DNA of 64,000 nt from Marsupella aquatica. Its lineage: Eukaryota; Plantae; Marchantiophyta. The translations under genes were made by a program, and so were the position numbers. The number at the start of each line of letters is the position of its first letter. Within the stretch, counting starts at the first letter, position 1. Shown piece after piece: positions 50,211-63,500 of this stretch. A model generated the notes under the pieces. The model did no database searches. It saw nothing but the letters and a program-made list of their open reading frames with translations, and was not told the DNA's origin. The DNA is taken from positions 6,885,241-6,949,240 of the forward strand of contig OZ316899.1 in NCBI GenBank assembly GCA_973895155.1. The letters run 5' to 3'.

Positions 50211-50620
50211 GAGACTGTGTCTGATGTAGCTGAAGATGATGCAACACCCGTAACATCTCCCAAAACAATGCAGAGCGTGGATCATGAAGTCCATGCTCGG
50301 CGCCAGCTCTAGATTGGCCCTGACATGGCCAACCAGCAATCACCAAATCAATGGGGCCAACACGATGCAAATGATCCGCCCCCAACAATGAAATATCAGC
50401 AGATAGTCAATGTTGATAACCACAAAAAGCATCCACTAACAGCAACTGGGGATATCTATCCACCAACATAGCCACATGCCGCTATGAGACCCTCCGTGTT
50501 GTTGCATCTGTCTCCACATACAAATAGCAACGCACAGGAATTCATGCCTGAAGAACAGCAGCCAATCCAGTGCTAATCCCACCAATTAGATCCAACAAGA
50601 AAATACCCTCTAGTGGATAC
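50211..50620 (-). pseudogene. DNA (cytosine-5) methyltransferase domain, motifs I-V, truncated
   Basis: Manual translation LLDLIGGISTGLAAVLQA*IPVRCYLYVETD (motifs I/II); GPIDLVIAGWPCQGQSRAG (motif IV, PCQ); GLHDPRSALFWE (motif V). Confidence 0.88.
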
Positions 50621-53600
50621 TGCCAAGCAATAGGAGTGGTATCCAATGGTGAAAGAGTCACCGGTCCATCTACAAGAGACTGCTCTACTCCTAACTGTGG
50701 AGTAAAAGCATGACACATGCATCATGTACCAATCGTGCTGTTGCCTGTGGCAAGGCCTGTCTAGTGCCCCACACCGGTGGTGCCACATTGCCAACAGGTA
50801 ATCCCCGCATGATCTATTCCTCATGTGACTCCTCCAATGGTGGAACATCTACTGCATGCGCATTACCCTCAATCAAATCATCAGGTCCAATAATTACACC
50901 ACTCAATGCTGCCAAAGACAAGAGTGTGGATTTAGGGCCTCCCACAGGTCCACTAAATCTCACTGGCAACCTATTCAATCGAGCATCTCCTAACTGCCAA
51001 TCAGGTCTATATGACACTGATTCATCCCAAAAATCAAGAATAAATCCCTGGGGTAGAGCACTGTACATCCCACCAACACATCATATGACTCTACCTTAGT
51101 CAAAATAGCTCGCGCCTGTATCTGTAAGCTATCTGTAGCATGACCTTCCTGAATCCTCAAATCAAGTGATCTCCTGGTGATATGCTATGTAGGTGTAGGT
51201 TCCCCCAATGAAGTCTGAATGGGAAACGGACAATCCTCCAAATCCTCTGGATGCAATCCCAATCCATGTATGGCAGACTTTCCCAACATCAAGGGCTGAG
51301 CACCAGTATCCAATAACACTCTCTGGCTGGTATACTACTCCAGAAGGCCAAACTAATCAGAAGATATCACTCCGATTATCCAATGACACAACACTAGGTT
51401 TAAACCTAGTCCTCTCAAATGCAGGGCGTGCTGGTAAATCCACCAACCTTGTTGCTGCTGCATGCCATGTCTCACTAGTAGCAGTAGGTGGCATGGTCTT
51501 CATTGCTTCAACACTGCAAGCTGCTTCTGCATGGGAAGCAACCACTAGAGGGTCCTCACAGAGTGTAGCTGCCAATCTGAACACTTCTGCAGGACCAACT
51601 CCCAAGTTTAGCATGTCTGTCGCTGAAAATAATGAGGTGCGTACGATGGCAGTAGCCGCCCCCAACAGGGTACCTGTCATCCCTGCTGCATCATTACCTG
51701 ATTCTGCCAACCTACCCACACCAGGGTTTGCCCGAACCGGGTTCATAGAGGCAGTCTAAACTATCTCTGACAATGTAAAAGACTAAGGAAGCTTTGTCCG
51801 CCGACGTGCATCCCCCTCTGTGGATCTAACTCCACTACTGCTCCTTGGAGCTCAAGAGCTTTGGCTGCCCCACGTGTCAAAGCTGCTAATGCATCAATAT
51901 GTGCAGTGCCACACATGAATCCCATGGTGGCAAGGTCTCCATCAGCTCCATAAGATGTGGAAGGACCATGGGATGTGGAAGGTCCATAGGATGTAAATGC
52001 CCCATCACCAGAAGTAGGTCTCACTTGGGAACTAGCCATGGCAGCTAGCTGTTGCTCCAATTGAGCAATCTTAGCATCCTTTGGATCTATGGTCACAGCA
52101 GGGGCAGTGTCACCTCCCAGTCTCCCTGCATGTGGCATGCCACGACCACGTCCACCACCTCTACCTCCTCCTCTTCCCTGATCATGTGTACAGGATCCTC
52201 CTCTCCGTAACTCAGGATGGAGTGAGAAACACCTATCCTTGGCGTGTCCAGGGGTTCCACAATGTTCACATTGTCGCTGATCAGGCATTGATGCTCCCCT
52301 TGATCCTCTATGATCTGGGCAATATCTTTGTGCATGATCCCCACCATAGGTCCAACATCCTGATTGTTGTCCAGCATAAGAGGGCACAGGTCTCTAGCTC
52401 ATAGACTCTCGTGTAGTAGGCTTCTCCATCTGGCTCTTCCATGCAGTAGGTTGTGGTGTGGATGTAGATGCAGCCTTTGGTGCTTCCTTGGCAAATCCGG
52501 AAGTCACCACCTTCTCATTCACTATATTGAGCTCAATGCGCTCAGAAAGTGTAAAAACAACTGCTAATGTGGGATTTGCATCCCTAAGCAGAGTGATATC
52601 TCTCACCCTGCGTCGCAATTCTCTATCCAGAATTGCATACCAAAACTGGACTGCCTGAGCCTCTTTCACTCCTTTGGTGACAGTGATCAATCTGCACATA
52701 CGAGTGTATGCCTCATGTAGGCTTTCTCCAGCCTTGCGCTGAAACTCCTGGAGACCCTTCAACTTATCAGTTCTCACACCCTGATAGTTTTGCTTTGGTG
52801 CCTCAAAGAATTCCACCATAGGGTTAAATGCTGGTGCAACTCCAGTCCCTATCACAATCACATCGCAAGAGTAGCAATGGATGCTGCTGGAGTGCTACTG
52901 GTGGATGGTGTGCCACTCTGGCTAGTGCTGCTAGAAGAAGCAGCAGCTACGGCAATGGGTTGGGCAGCCGCACTAGTGCCATAGGTGATGGACACGTAAT
53001 TAGGCGACCAATGCTGCCTCCATGCCTCAATCTCAACCAAATGAGCCTTTCAAAACTCATGATAGTCATCCATGGGTGGCCCCTCCAAATGCTGAAATAA
53101 TCCCTTCCATACCATGAAAGGGGTAAACAACGTGGCGTTACGCAATGTCTGCATATCGCACCACGTATCAAACTCCTGGATGAAGTCATCTAGATCAATC
53201 GTGCCAACTACACCAGAGTATCATTGTGGACCGTTTGTAGCCCCGTACATCTCGTCCATATCCCATAACAAAGGTGCAACCACCTGATGATGAGGAGAAC
53301 TGGTCACTGAGTCCTTGTCGGAATCATTGTCTAAAGCTGCACTGCTGACTGCTACCAAAGCCACTGGCCAAAACTGCGCCCCACTCCGAGTGAAACCGGT
53401 CCGTTGTCCATCGGGTAACCCAACAGCACCAAAAGAATCTAACCTAATCTATATGCTAACCCTAAAGGCAATCTGTCTCTATCAGCAACACAAGCACTCA
53501 CCATGGTGTGTTGGGCATCACTCCAACATCACCAGGAGAGAAATATATAGCACAACTAGAATGTCCGGTTGCAAACCTGGATCACTCCTATAGAATCAAG

Positions 53601-53966
53601 CGCCCACGCCAAACTAACATGGCACATAAACAAGAAGCATATATGGAGAGGATTCAATCAACAAGAAGAGATTCACAATAACTCTCCACATCAATAGTGA
53701 TCATACATCAATCAAACAATGTTCATAATGTTCAATGTAGGGCCTTAATAATAGGTCTCTCAATGTTCAATGTCGTAGCTAAGGATCCATGCACAATTGG
53801 TTCAATCCATGCATCTAGATGGATTCAGAGGCATCAAAAACCCTAATAGAGCCTATGATTTGGCCCAAAATGGCAATCTAAACAAATCAGAATACATATA
53901 AAATACCTAAGTGCTCATTCCATTAACATCAAAGTGGAAAGGAGTGTGTGTACACAAAAGCACTTA

Positions 53967-54021
53967 AGAACCACATAGTTAAGCGTGTGGGGAAGGAATA
54001 GCTTTGGGATGGGTGACCTCT
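53967..54021 (+). other. 5S rRNA-derived segment (box A to box C) inside an LTR
   Basis: AGAACCACATAGTTAAGCGTG...GGATGGGTGACCTC aligns with plant 5S rRNA AGAACTCCGCAGTTAAGCGTG...GGATGGGTGACCTC. Confidence 0.7.
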
Positions 54022-54099
54022 CACTTGTAGTTATGCACCAAATTGGCCACTCCAATTTCAACAGCTTGTAACTACTCACGTATCAGCAAGCTGGCTTGC

Positions 54100-55461
54100 T
54101 GGCCCGCCCGCTCCTGCTCCGCCCTCATGCCCCTTGTCCCGAGTAACCACGAGTTGCCTCGAAGCCTCGAAGCGCCAAGACGAGCCAGAGAGTGAGCCAT
54201 GGTAAGGTGGCTGCAGTATCCGGCTTACCCGTGGCCACCGTCGTAGTGGCCAAGTTGACCATGCATTGCATTGGGGAGAATGTCCACAAGAACATCCTCC
54301 ATCCAAAGCATGCGGCATACCTGAAGATCCAAGGGTTTGAACACCTCGCTGCCTTCGCTTTGAACACTTGCAGGTACTATAGGCAAGATATGACGGAGTT
54401 CATCTAGAACTTTGGCCAGGCCCGCCAACAGACCCGTGCGCACGGATGGGTAATGTCCCTGAATGAGGAGCGGCTTAAGCTCATTTTTGGCTTGTCTTGG
54501 CGCTTCGAGGCCAAACCGGGTGGAATCACAGGCCCACCCCAAGCCTGAGGCTGTAACCCCAAAGGAAGCCACGGTACCCTTTGCGCCTGTCCAATTGGAT
54601 CCCCTTTCTAGACACCCATCCCCAGCTACCCTTACTACCCCGGAGCTGGATGTAACAACCCTAGCCTCTGCCTGGGTGGAGGTCTGTCCTTGGCCAAACC
54701 CGAGTGGTCATAGCTTGGTGAACCCAAAACTTGTTGCACCGGGCACGTATTTGAATGGGTTGTTGGGCAACTTCTCCCAACAGATTAGTCAGAAAATGGG
54801 AGACTTCATGGCCCGCAAGGTGGCCTACTTCTTTAGCCAAGAGCTAGTGGCGGCGGTGAAAGCAGGACGAGCATAGGCTAAAGCCACAACAAAGATTGAG
54901 CGGTACCGGGTTGAAGCAGCCCAACTCTTAGACGAAGCTTCACACCGGGAGACCGAGTTACAACTTATCTGGCCTCAACTTATGACCGCCCTTGCCCAGG
55001 TCACCAACACTGAAGCCAAGTTAACCTTGGCCAAGCAAGCCGGAGCCAAAAAGGACGCCAAAATCTCACGGCTCCGGGCCCAGATTGGCAGCTTGAAAGG
55101 GTAAGCTATAATCTGGCAAAAATATGTAGAGGAGGCCAACGCTCAAGCCCAAAGGGATACAACCAAAGTGGACGCCTTGAAAGCAAAGATGGCATGGCTT
55201 CAACAGGAAGCCGCTAAACAGGACCAACTAGTGGCGCAACTAACAAGCGATGCCCAACAATTGGAAGAGGCGTGCCAGGAGGCAGCAAAGGAGACGGATG
55301 CAATGAAGCGGGAGAACGAGTCTCTCCTGGCCGGGCCAAGTCCAAATTCTCAAGCAGGACGCCAATCGGCTGAGGAGGCAATGGGATGGCCGCTCCAAGT
55401 CCCACTTGGGTGGGTTTGGCAAACGTGCCAGACATTAGGCGGCACGGCAAATTTAGAATAG
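54100..55461 (+). pseudogene. LTR-retrotransposon accessory-type gene with coiled coil (similar layout to 12108-15217)
   Basis: LKIQGFEHLAAF...MTEFI, followed by coiled-coil segments at 54880-55461; contains stops. Confidence 0.45.
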
Positions 55462-56829
55462 CGTAGGTTTAGGCACGAAAATCGGACACTGCAGACAAGC
55501 GCCAAAACTAGTTAGTGGCGCTGTCAACCTTTCTTTAGCATAGCATCTTAGGGTAATGACAAGCTGTTTCACGGCCTGGCATTTAGCAGAAATTAGGATA
55601 GGCTAGGATTAGTGCACGTGACCATTCCAGGCCACGGCTCTTAGTTAGTATTTAGAGCACCCCCGGTAGAGGCAACGGGAGGGGGGACTTTAGGTTTTGA
55701 ACCGGGTATCCGTGGATGTGCGGGGAGTCCTGACCTTAGTGAATAGAGGAGTACTGCAGAGTGAGGGTATGACTAATCTCGTTGGGCAAGTGTGGAGCCG
55801 AGCTCCGTTGTAGTGTACACCTCCCTGCCATTGGGTATTTGTTCCCAAAGAAGTTGAGTCAACCACACATGTACGTGTGACGGATTTGTAATTGAAAGTC
55901 TTTTCCCCACCATTTCCTTTGTGTAAACCAAGATTGTATGGTATGTAATCTATTATTTTCATAAGTCTCGTATACGGGTATTGCTTGGCCAAACGCATTG
56001 TACGAGCTACGCACAGGGTGATGGCTGCGGATAGTGGTTGCAAGCCCGGGTTAGATATCCGTATCATCGGATCCGGATCATAGGCGAATAAAGCAAAGAC
56101 TTAGAAGTCCTTAAGCTAGGGTTGATCCCATAGTCAACTTAAGGTACGTTCCGGCGACGGAATACAAAACATACCTATGATGTGCATAGACATAAAATTG
56201 GACAAGAGTAGCGTCAAGTTACGAGATTAAGTACAGTTTGCACATCCCTCCTTGCCCGAACCCTCAATATTTACAAAGCCGATGGCTGCCTAAGCCAAAA
56301 TCCGCATAAGGGCGACGCTTTTGGTGTGACATAGCCTTTGTTTGGGCGCTAGATGGAGGGGGCACTTTGAGTTGTGGTCAGAGTGGAGACATGTGCATAT
56401 GTACATTGTCACGGGACCCTGGGCCCCAGTGAGTTGTTATTTACTATGTAAAGGGTAGATGCCCGTCACTCGTTCTCAAGTTGTGTACCTAAGAAGATTG
56501 ACTAGCAAACAAGAGAGTAAGTTAGTAGCCTCGGGGGTTTCACTTCCACAAAAATGGCACATCACGTGTGACGAAAGATAGGGTCATTTTCTTGGTTTGA
56601 AGAGAAGACTTAAGAATTTTTGCAGAAGAACAATAGGGTCTTTTAAATTCAATTTTGAGACTTATAAGAACATTAGGGTATTTCTAATCAAAGTTTTAGA
56701 ATATTCCAAGAATATTCCAACTTTATAGGGGTTGAAAAATTAAAAAAATCTTACATTTTAGGGGGTCCAAGGCTTAAAAACGTCGCAGGCAATGGGGAGG
56801 CATCCTTATAGTGAGGCCCCCGAGTCAGT

Positions 56830-59038
56830 AGCAAGCTTGGAGTCATTAGATTCAGAGGATTTGCAATCACCTTGATGAATGAATATCCCACTAGGACCAT
56901 CGGGGTCCAGTTTGACAGGCCCTGTCCCGGGCTCGGTTGCACCTCCGCCAATGCCCCAACCAACACCTATGGCGGCAGCACCTCCAGTTGTAGCTCGTGC
57001 GGCCTGAGCTCCTCCGCCAGTATCACAATGATCAAGGTTCTATTACCGACCATTCAAAGGACGTCATGGGGACAATCCGGACGAATGGTTGGATGAATTT
57101 GAGGCCACCGCCAAAGCTAATGGTGCCATTAAGTTGACAGTTCTTCTAGGAGTAATGCAAGGAGAAGCCCGCCCATGGTACAACTTGCTACAACCCGAGA
57201 TCACCTGGCCACAATTCCAAGCAGCATTGCTACAAGAGTTTTGTGCAATCAAAGCAGAGTCGCGCTCCTTGTTGAAAATTGGCCATCTTTGCATGGGGAA
57301 GGAGTCCCTCTGAAAGTTCATTCAGAAGTTCCAGAAGCTCGCGGCCAAGATTCAACCTAGACCGGGCAATGCCCTCAAGCTTACCTGGTTTCTACAAGGG
57401 TTGCCTACGGATATGCAATTCTGGGTCCGACAGAATAACCCAATGTCCATGCAGGTGGCCATAGCATGTGCCAAACCATACAGGGAGTCTACTTATATTT
57501 CCTGACAAAGCCAATGGGCACGACGCAAGAAGAAGTACCAGACCTTCAGCAACACTGATTTTGAATCAGATGACGAGAAGAAGAAGAAGTGCAAGGAAAA
57601 GAAAAAGCATCAGTCAACTTTGTCTAGCTCTATTTACATTCTTGTTTGTTAGAAAGAGCCGCTAAAATGTCAGACCAGACTGGTGCGAGTAGCTTGACCG
57701 CACTACCTGTGATTGAAACACAAGCTTCGTCGGCGTTGAGATTAGACTTTGGTTTCCTGCTGATTGTCCAATCCCTGAGATGGTTACTGCTCAAGTTTGG
57801 ATTCAACTTCATCCAGCGGCTCCCCCACAGCGAGCTCATCAAGTAGTGACTTGGAGAGCAAGCTTAGAGGCAAAAAAAAGAAGTGGCGCTCTAAGAAAGA
57901 GGAGAAAATCAAGCCCCACGCTTGAAGAGCTATACCGGATCCAAAGGCTGCTGAAGTAGATAAACTGAATGAGATCACCAATTTCCTAAAAACATTGTTG
58001 GTACATCTTGCAAAGAAACCCGTGGAGAAGAAGAAGCCACCAGAAACTCAAGCACATGCGTGGTGCACTAAGTGCTTCCAATCGAGGCATGTTGTGCAAG
58101 AATGCCCGAGGTGGAAGAATTGAGTTCATCAAGTGGAGTTGGATGATGTCGACAGCCTAGGCCTAGACCTAGAGTCCACAGAGTACTTCTTTGAGGACCC
58201 CATAGACTTAGTTATCAAATCTCCATGAGAGGTCCTCAAAATTTAGCTGGGAGGACAGCGTACGCGTACCCTAATGGTAGTTGGGGATTGCAAGTCATAA
58301 ATAATCCGAGTATTCCTCCAAAACCAGGGATTTGGCAATCTCCGGTTTGTTACAATTGTGAGAAGCCCGCCACTTTGCAAGAGAATGCACCAAGCAAAGA
58401 CGGCAAGGAGATGGCACAAGCATGCCGTTGTGCCAAGTATGTAAGCCCTGAAGCTCATTCTACAGCTAATTGCCCACTAGTAATAGCAGCCCAAGCAAAT
58501 GCATCCCGACCAGCGCAACTGGGACCAGGTCCAAGCGATGTGATGGTGCAAATGATAGACATGGAATGGCAAGATGATACAACCAAGTGGGTCAACCTGG
58601 TCGATGTAATGGAACAACCCACTCCTTCCGACAAAGCCGAATGCTACCGAGTATCGACCGGCTGAATGGAAGCAAGAAAAGCAAGAAGAAAAATGTTGCA
58701 AGAATCCAGACACCACACCGGTACGACCCACGGTGGAAATCCCTCCCAAGGAAGATGACAATTACCGTTGGGATGATCCGAAGCTATTTTATCCTTGTAT
58801 TGAGGAGTTGGTGAAACAACAGTTGGAGGCGTACAAAGCACGGGAATACCAAAAGGCGATTGATAAGGATCTAAAAGCAGCCAAAGCTGCCCAACGAGAA
58901 GAACAAGAGAAGAGGGAGACCAAGGCAAAGCTATGGCCCATGGAGGAAAAGAAGGGAGAGTACGACATTTGGCAAGACATGAAGAGTTGCCCAGTCACAG
59001 TAATGGTCGGACATGTGGTAGAGTGGTCAGATTGTTAA
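56830..59038 (+). pseudogene. Ty3/Gypsy gag (Tat-like) with zinc knuckles, degenerate
   Basis: LPTIQ/FKG...PDEWLDEFEATAKAN...GEARPWY...TWPQFQAALLQEF; WCTKCFQSRH..QEC; CYNCEK. An upstream GGCGCTAGATGGAGGG (~56345) resembles a Tat-type PBS. Confidence 0.7.
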
Positions 59039-60021
59039 ATAACACTTTAACTTCTAAAGACCTGAATTCGTTCCCTGTAAGAGTTAGTGAAAAGTGAATT
59101 GGTACTGAAAAGAACAAATAAGATGTTGATTTGGTATAACCTCGCTAGGGAGTTCTCTCTCTAGAGGATTGATAGCAATCAATGAAGAAAACTAACAAGT
59201 AAAGAAAAGGGCATGAAAAAGACTAGTGAGAATATCCTTTCAATTGGTCTGGAGCATAAGGTAATGTAATCTAATGACCTCCAGAAAATCAACAGGACCC
59301 TGGTTTCTTAAGATTCAGAATACATTAGAGCTTAAACTGTAGCCAAATTTTAGAATGGATAACCACATTAAATAGAAATTGCAATGGAGAACAACAACTA
59401 TGAATCCAAGAATTCTTTCAGGTCAACAAAGTAGGACGGTACTGAAATTCTTGATTTAATAACTTCTCAACACTACAATCACTAAATTGTCAAGTAGTTT
59501 CTCAATTTGATTTCGATTGATGGTCATGGAAATTGAAATTGAAATATCACAACAATGGTACTTGAATGTCACACAGAATTCAACATGAAGTAAGTCAAAT
59601 CTCCATCAAATTATCAAAATAGAGTCTCAAAATTACAGGCTCAACAGGAGCACCTAAGGAGGAGCTATGAGGCTTCCAATAGAAACTGAAAAGCTGAAAA
59701 AGAAAGTTAACTATCATCCTACTTAAGATGCTAGAGGAAAAGGGGGAAACATCCCAAAAGACAAAGTGCCATCTCCGGTTTTCATGGGAAAAAATAACTG
59801 TCATTAAAATCCGGAAATGAGTATGAGGCAAAAATCCGGAAATGATAACAAAGGAAGATCCGGAAATGAGTGTAAGGCAAAATCCGGAAACTGATTTCCG
59901 GTACTACTAAACGCGGATTTAGATCCTAGTCGGACCCATAAATGCTACCAGAGTGGAGATGATGACAACCGGACTGCAATTGAGCATCTCGGCAACCTCC
60001 CCAACCAGTTCCTCTAGTTGC

Positions 60022-60527
60022 TTCGTGTGGTGCGTCCCATGGCTCCCTAAACCCAAGAAACCCCCTTGCACAAGCCGATTCCCGTAGGTTTCGCTCTTGG
60101 CGAGGCCGGTTCTGCAGCTTATCGGCCTGGGACGCTGCTAACTCTCTTCTACTAACATGTTACACACATATACTGGACAGATCCTTCATCGGGTCATGAG
60201 ATAAGTAGCCGGCCTATTCTATGTCTTCCCTTGTCTTCCTCTCCTGGTCTTCCTTTAGGTATGTTTGGATTCCGCCACCAGAATGATCCCCAATTGGCTT
60301 GGGTTAGTCGCTAAGACCTCTCTCAGCTTGACACATCCAACTCTTACTACCTTGCTTACTTCCCTTCTCTCTTGGTTGATGTGGGCAATCTTCAAACAAG
60401 TTAATGCGACACACAAATAGCAAAATGACTCCTTCTGACTGAGTTATACCACGCACTTGCCATACAAACAATTATTCTCATACACAAGATCTGCAAACTA
60501 AGTCGTGAGGCCAACTCTATTCAGCTC
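60022..60527. repeat. Inverted copy of the repeat at 15615-16120
   Basis: Collinear reverse-complement similarity. Confidence 0.85.
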
Positions 60528-60529
60528 AT

Positions 60530-63500
60530 TGTCTTATGTGATGCATCTTCAGACGTTGCCAGAGGGACATACTTCGGGTCTTTCGGGATCTTCCCATTGA
60601 ATTCAACTCGACAAAAGACATCCAGGCTTAAGTTGCAAACCTGGAAAAGAACAAAAAAACCTCAATTAATGAATCCAGGAAGGCCAGCGAGATCGCTGTC
60701 AAAACAACCCACTAAATCCTGAAATTTTCACTCAAATCTCACCTCAATGTTCATGTCTGGCATCCACATTGGGGACCCCAATAAAACATGGTACTTCCGA
60801 AGGTGTTTAAATTTGTTCCTCTGTTCAACAGCAGCAAAAATTTGCTTTGTGTGGTTAAATTCTCCATTGTGGAGAACGGCCACATACCCATCATCGGACA
60901 ACATGGGCCTCGTCACTCGAAAGAAATAGTAAGGCAGCTTCTCAACCCAGACATTCCATTGGGGAACTTCCACATCAATAACACGAGGCCTCAACCCAGT
61001 TGGAAGAGCTATGAACCCCAGATGGGCACCGGTCCCAGTGTAAGGCTTCCCGTTGATTTTTAAGGGATTCGGGTGTTTGGAAGAACTTGAAATCTTGGCA
61101 AGCCATTGATCCCCCTCCCCCATCCAAGAAGGTCGAACCTTCTTCATACTTATCGAGTCAGCCGTCAAACGAAGATTACTCTTTGCAAGAAAATGTCTTC
61201 TTCCATCCAACTGGAGTCCACAGAGCCTCGTCACACCCTCTCGGATTGAAATTTCTTCCTCATCAGAATCTGACAACACTTGAACCTTTCTCTTCTTCTT
61301 CAGCCTCTGGGACCCTAACTTATCACCTCCCGGTTTAGTCACAATTTCAAAATCGGGTGACTCAGGCTCGACAAGATCCTCCTGACGACCATTAGTCACA
61401 GTCTGAACACTCTCAGAACCCAAAGACTTCCTCCTTTCTGGATACAAAAAGCAACCTAAGAGCCTCAGGATATGTCATGAACTTAATGAGAATAGCAGCT
61501 TGGGAGAGATAATAGAAGTAAGATTTGGAGAGATGAGAGTATACTTACTTTTCTTTCCATAAAGCATAGAGCCATCTTTTGATACCTCCTTGGCAACATC
61601 CCTCTTCAATTTCCGAGGGCGGCTCCTATCAACAGTCGGTGCCACCCCAAGGCATGCCTGCTCCATCGACACACAACCAGCAATTTCTACTTTTGGGTTG
61701 CACAATTTAGATTCACTAATAAAATATTCTGGGACCAAGCCACGATTGATCTTTTGAAGCGCAACTTTCTCTGTCGCATCAAATGTCAGTGACCAATTCT
61801 CCGAATCTAAATACCAGGGACAATGCAACACCTCCCATTCACTTATCTTCCGCAAGGGTTCAATGTCCTCAATAGGGTACATCAAGTACTCCCCAAACTT
61901 CTCACAACCAGAATCATCTCTTGCATATTGCGCCCATTGAGAGAAACATGCCGGATAACACCACCAAAAAGATCTATTTGCCACCTCGCGATCAACAAAA
62001 AACCTATAAACATACCTTTTTGCCCTTCGTCGAAAAGCAGCAATGTCAATCTTTTCCCCAACTTTCGGGTTCCAGATGCTCTTAAAGAACCTTACCTTAA
62101 CCCGTTGCAGGAAATCCTCAAAGTCATCATCAATTTCAACAAGGAGGGATGCCTGACTATTCTCTGGGGAAGAAAGAATTCTACATTCAGGGATAGTGAG
62201 AATAATCTCAGAGATTGCTTCACTTAACAAGCACCTCGCAATGGACTCTACCTATTCCCAGGTTGCCCATCGATGCAACCAGAGCTTGGTCTCACTATCC
62301 AAAAATTGAGATGGGTGGAAATATTGTTTACGCAACTCTGGTCTGCACTGTGCTTCGAGAAGAGTGCAATGGAGTTGTGGACTCAGAGAAGTTACCCCGG
62401 TGAAAAGCCTTGCACGATCAAGGCCACACGAAACATTCCCTCTCCCCTTATCATCCGTCCGCTGAGCTTCCTTCCTTTCTTTCTCACAATAATTGTGCAT
62501 CTCAACACATTTCTTGAAGAAATCCCCAAAGTCTGGATTCAGAAGCGGGGCAAACTTTGGAACTTTGACATTCCAGTCAGAGAGTTTCTCCTTCATCATA
62601 TCTCGAATGGCAATATCCTTAGCAACTTTGGATAGAGGTTCACCGAGTTCCTCCTTCAGTGCAAACTTCTTGAGTAAGTCAGCAGTTTGCGAAGCTATGT
62701 TTGCAGTTGAAAGAATATAAATGCATGCATCTAAGGTCATTTGCTTTGAATACCAAGATGGCTTCTTCACATTTTGCATCTTCTGCTGAAATAACTTGAA
62801 ATTCTCTGGATCAATTAAATCTTTGTAAACTGAGAGGTCCGTGCGCAAAATCTTCTGGACCCAATCAGCTTCAAGCACCCACAAATTTTCAACATGGCGT
62901 TGTGTCAACCTGCCATTGAGGATAGAATTCAACAAATAGCAAGAACAAATCATGCTCGAAAATGAAGCAAAAACATCAAATGTGTCAAAGATCTTCTCAC
63001 CGGTTGAGAGCATGCATCGCAGATTCAATCTGCACAAAAGTATCCTTCTCTCCTTTGAATATCTTCGAGACAACTCGAGGATGATATTTGACATCGTGAG
63101 GATTCTCAGCAGCAAGTAGGTTCCACGAATAGAGACGGTGATTGCCATCAAATACACAAAACATTTTATCCTTGAGCAGCGCAAAATCGGATGCGAATCA
63201 CACTCCCTCTCGAAAGCTTCATTTTGCGCCAACCACATTGGATCCCAGCTCTGTCTAATTGTGTCATTCAGAAACTGCACGTCCCCATTCTCATTGGTCA
63301 TTTGCACATAAAAACAAGGCGCATCCTCAATGTATCCTTGAGCCCAAAACTCATTCTTCAAAGTCTCAATTGCATTCGAATCTGCCTGAAGAGACCTTAC
63401 AAGCTACATGTTCCGCATGCGACACAATGGAATTCGAGGGGGAACAAGAGGATACCCAAATTCGTCTGGCCCAAACTGGTAAAGGTGCCGGTTAATGACA

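Larger units (their letters stand above)
50211..54063 (-). mobile_element. Truncated Ty3/Gypsy element encoding gag-protease-C5 DNA methyltransferase
   Basis: LTR-like ~53590-54063 (starts TGTTGAAA on the minus strand); gag 52394-53200; CEHCGTPGHAKDRC; protease RVLLDTGAQ at ~51295-51320; DNMT motifs at 50211-50620. Confidence 0.8.

Noticed and set aside
53967-54021. Functional 5S rRNA gene
   Set aside because: Only ~55 nt of the internal control region is present, and it is diverged; the 5' and 3' parts are absent.
59805-59900. Tandem AAATCCGGAAATGA repeats as a regulatory array
   Set aside because: Only four short copies inside LTR-like sequence, which is common in retrotransposon LTRs and UTRs.
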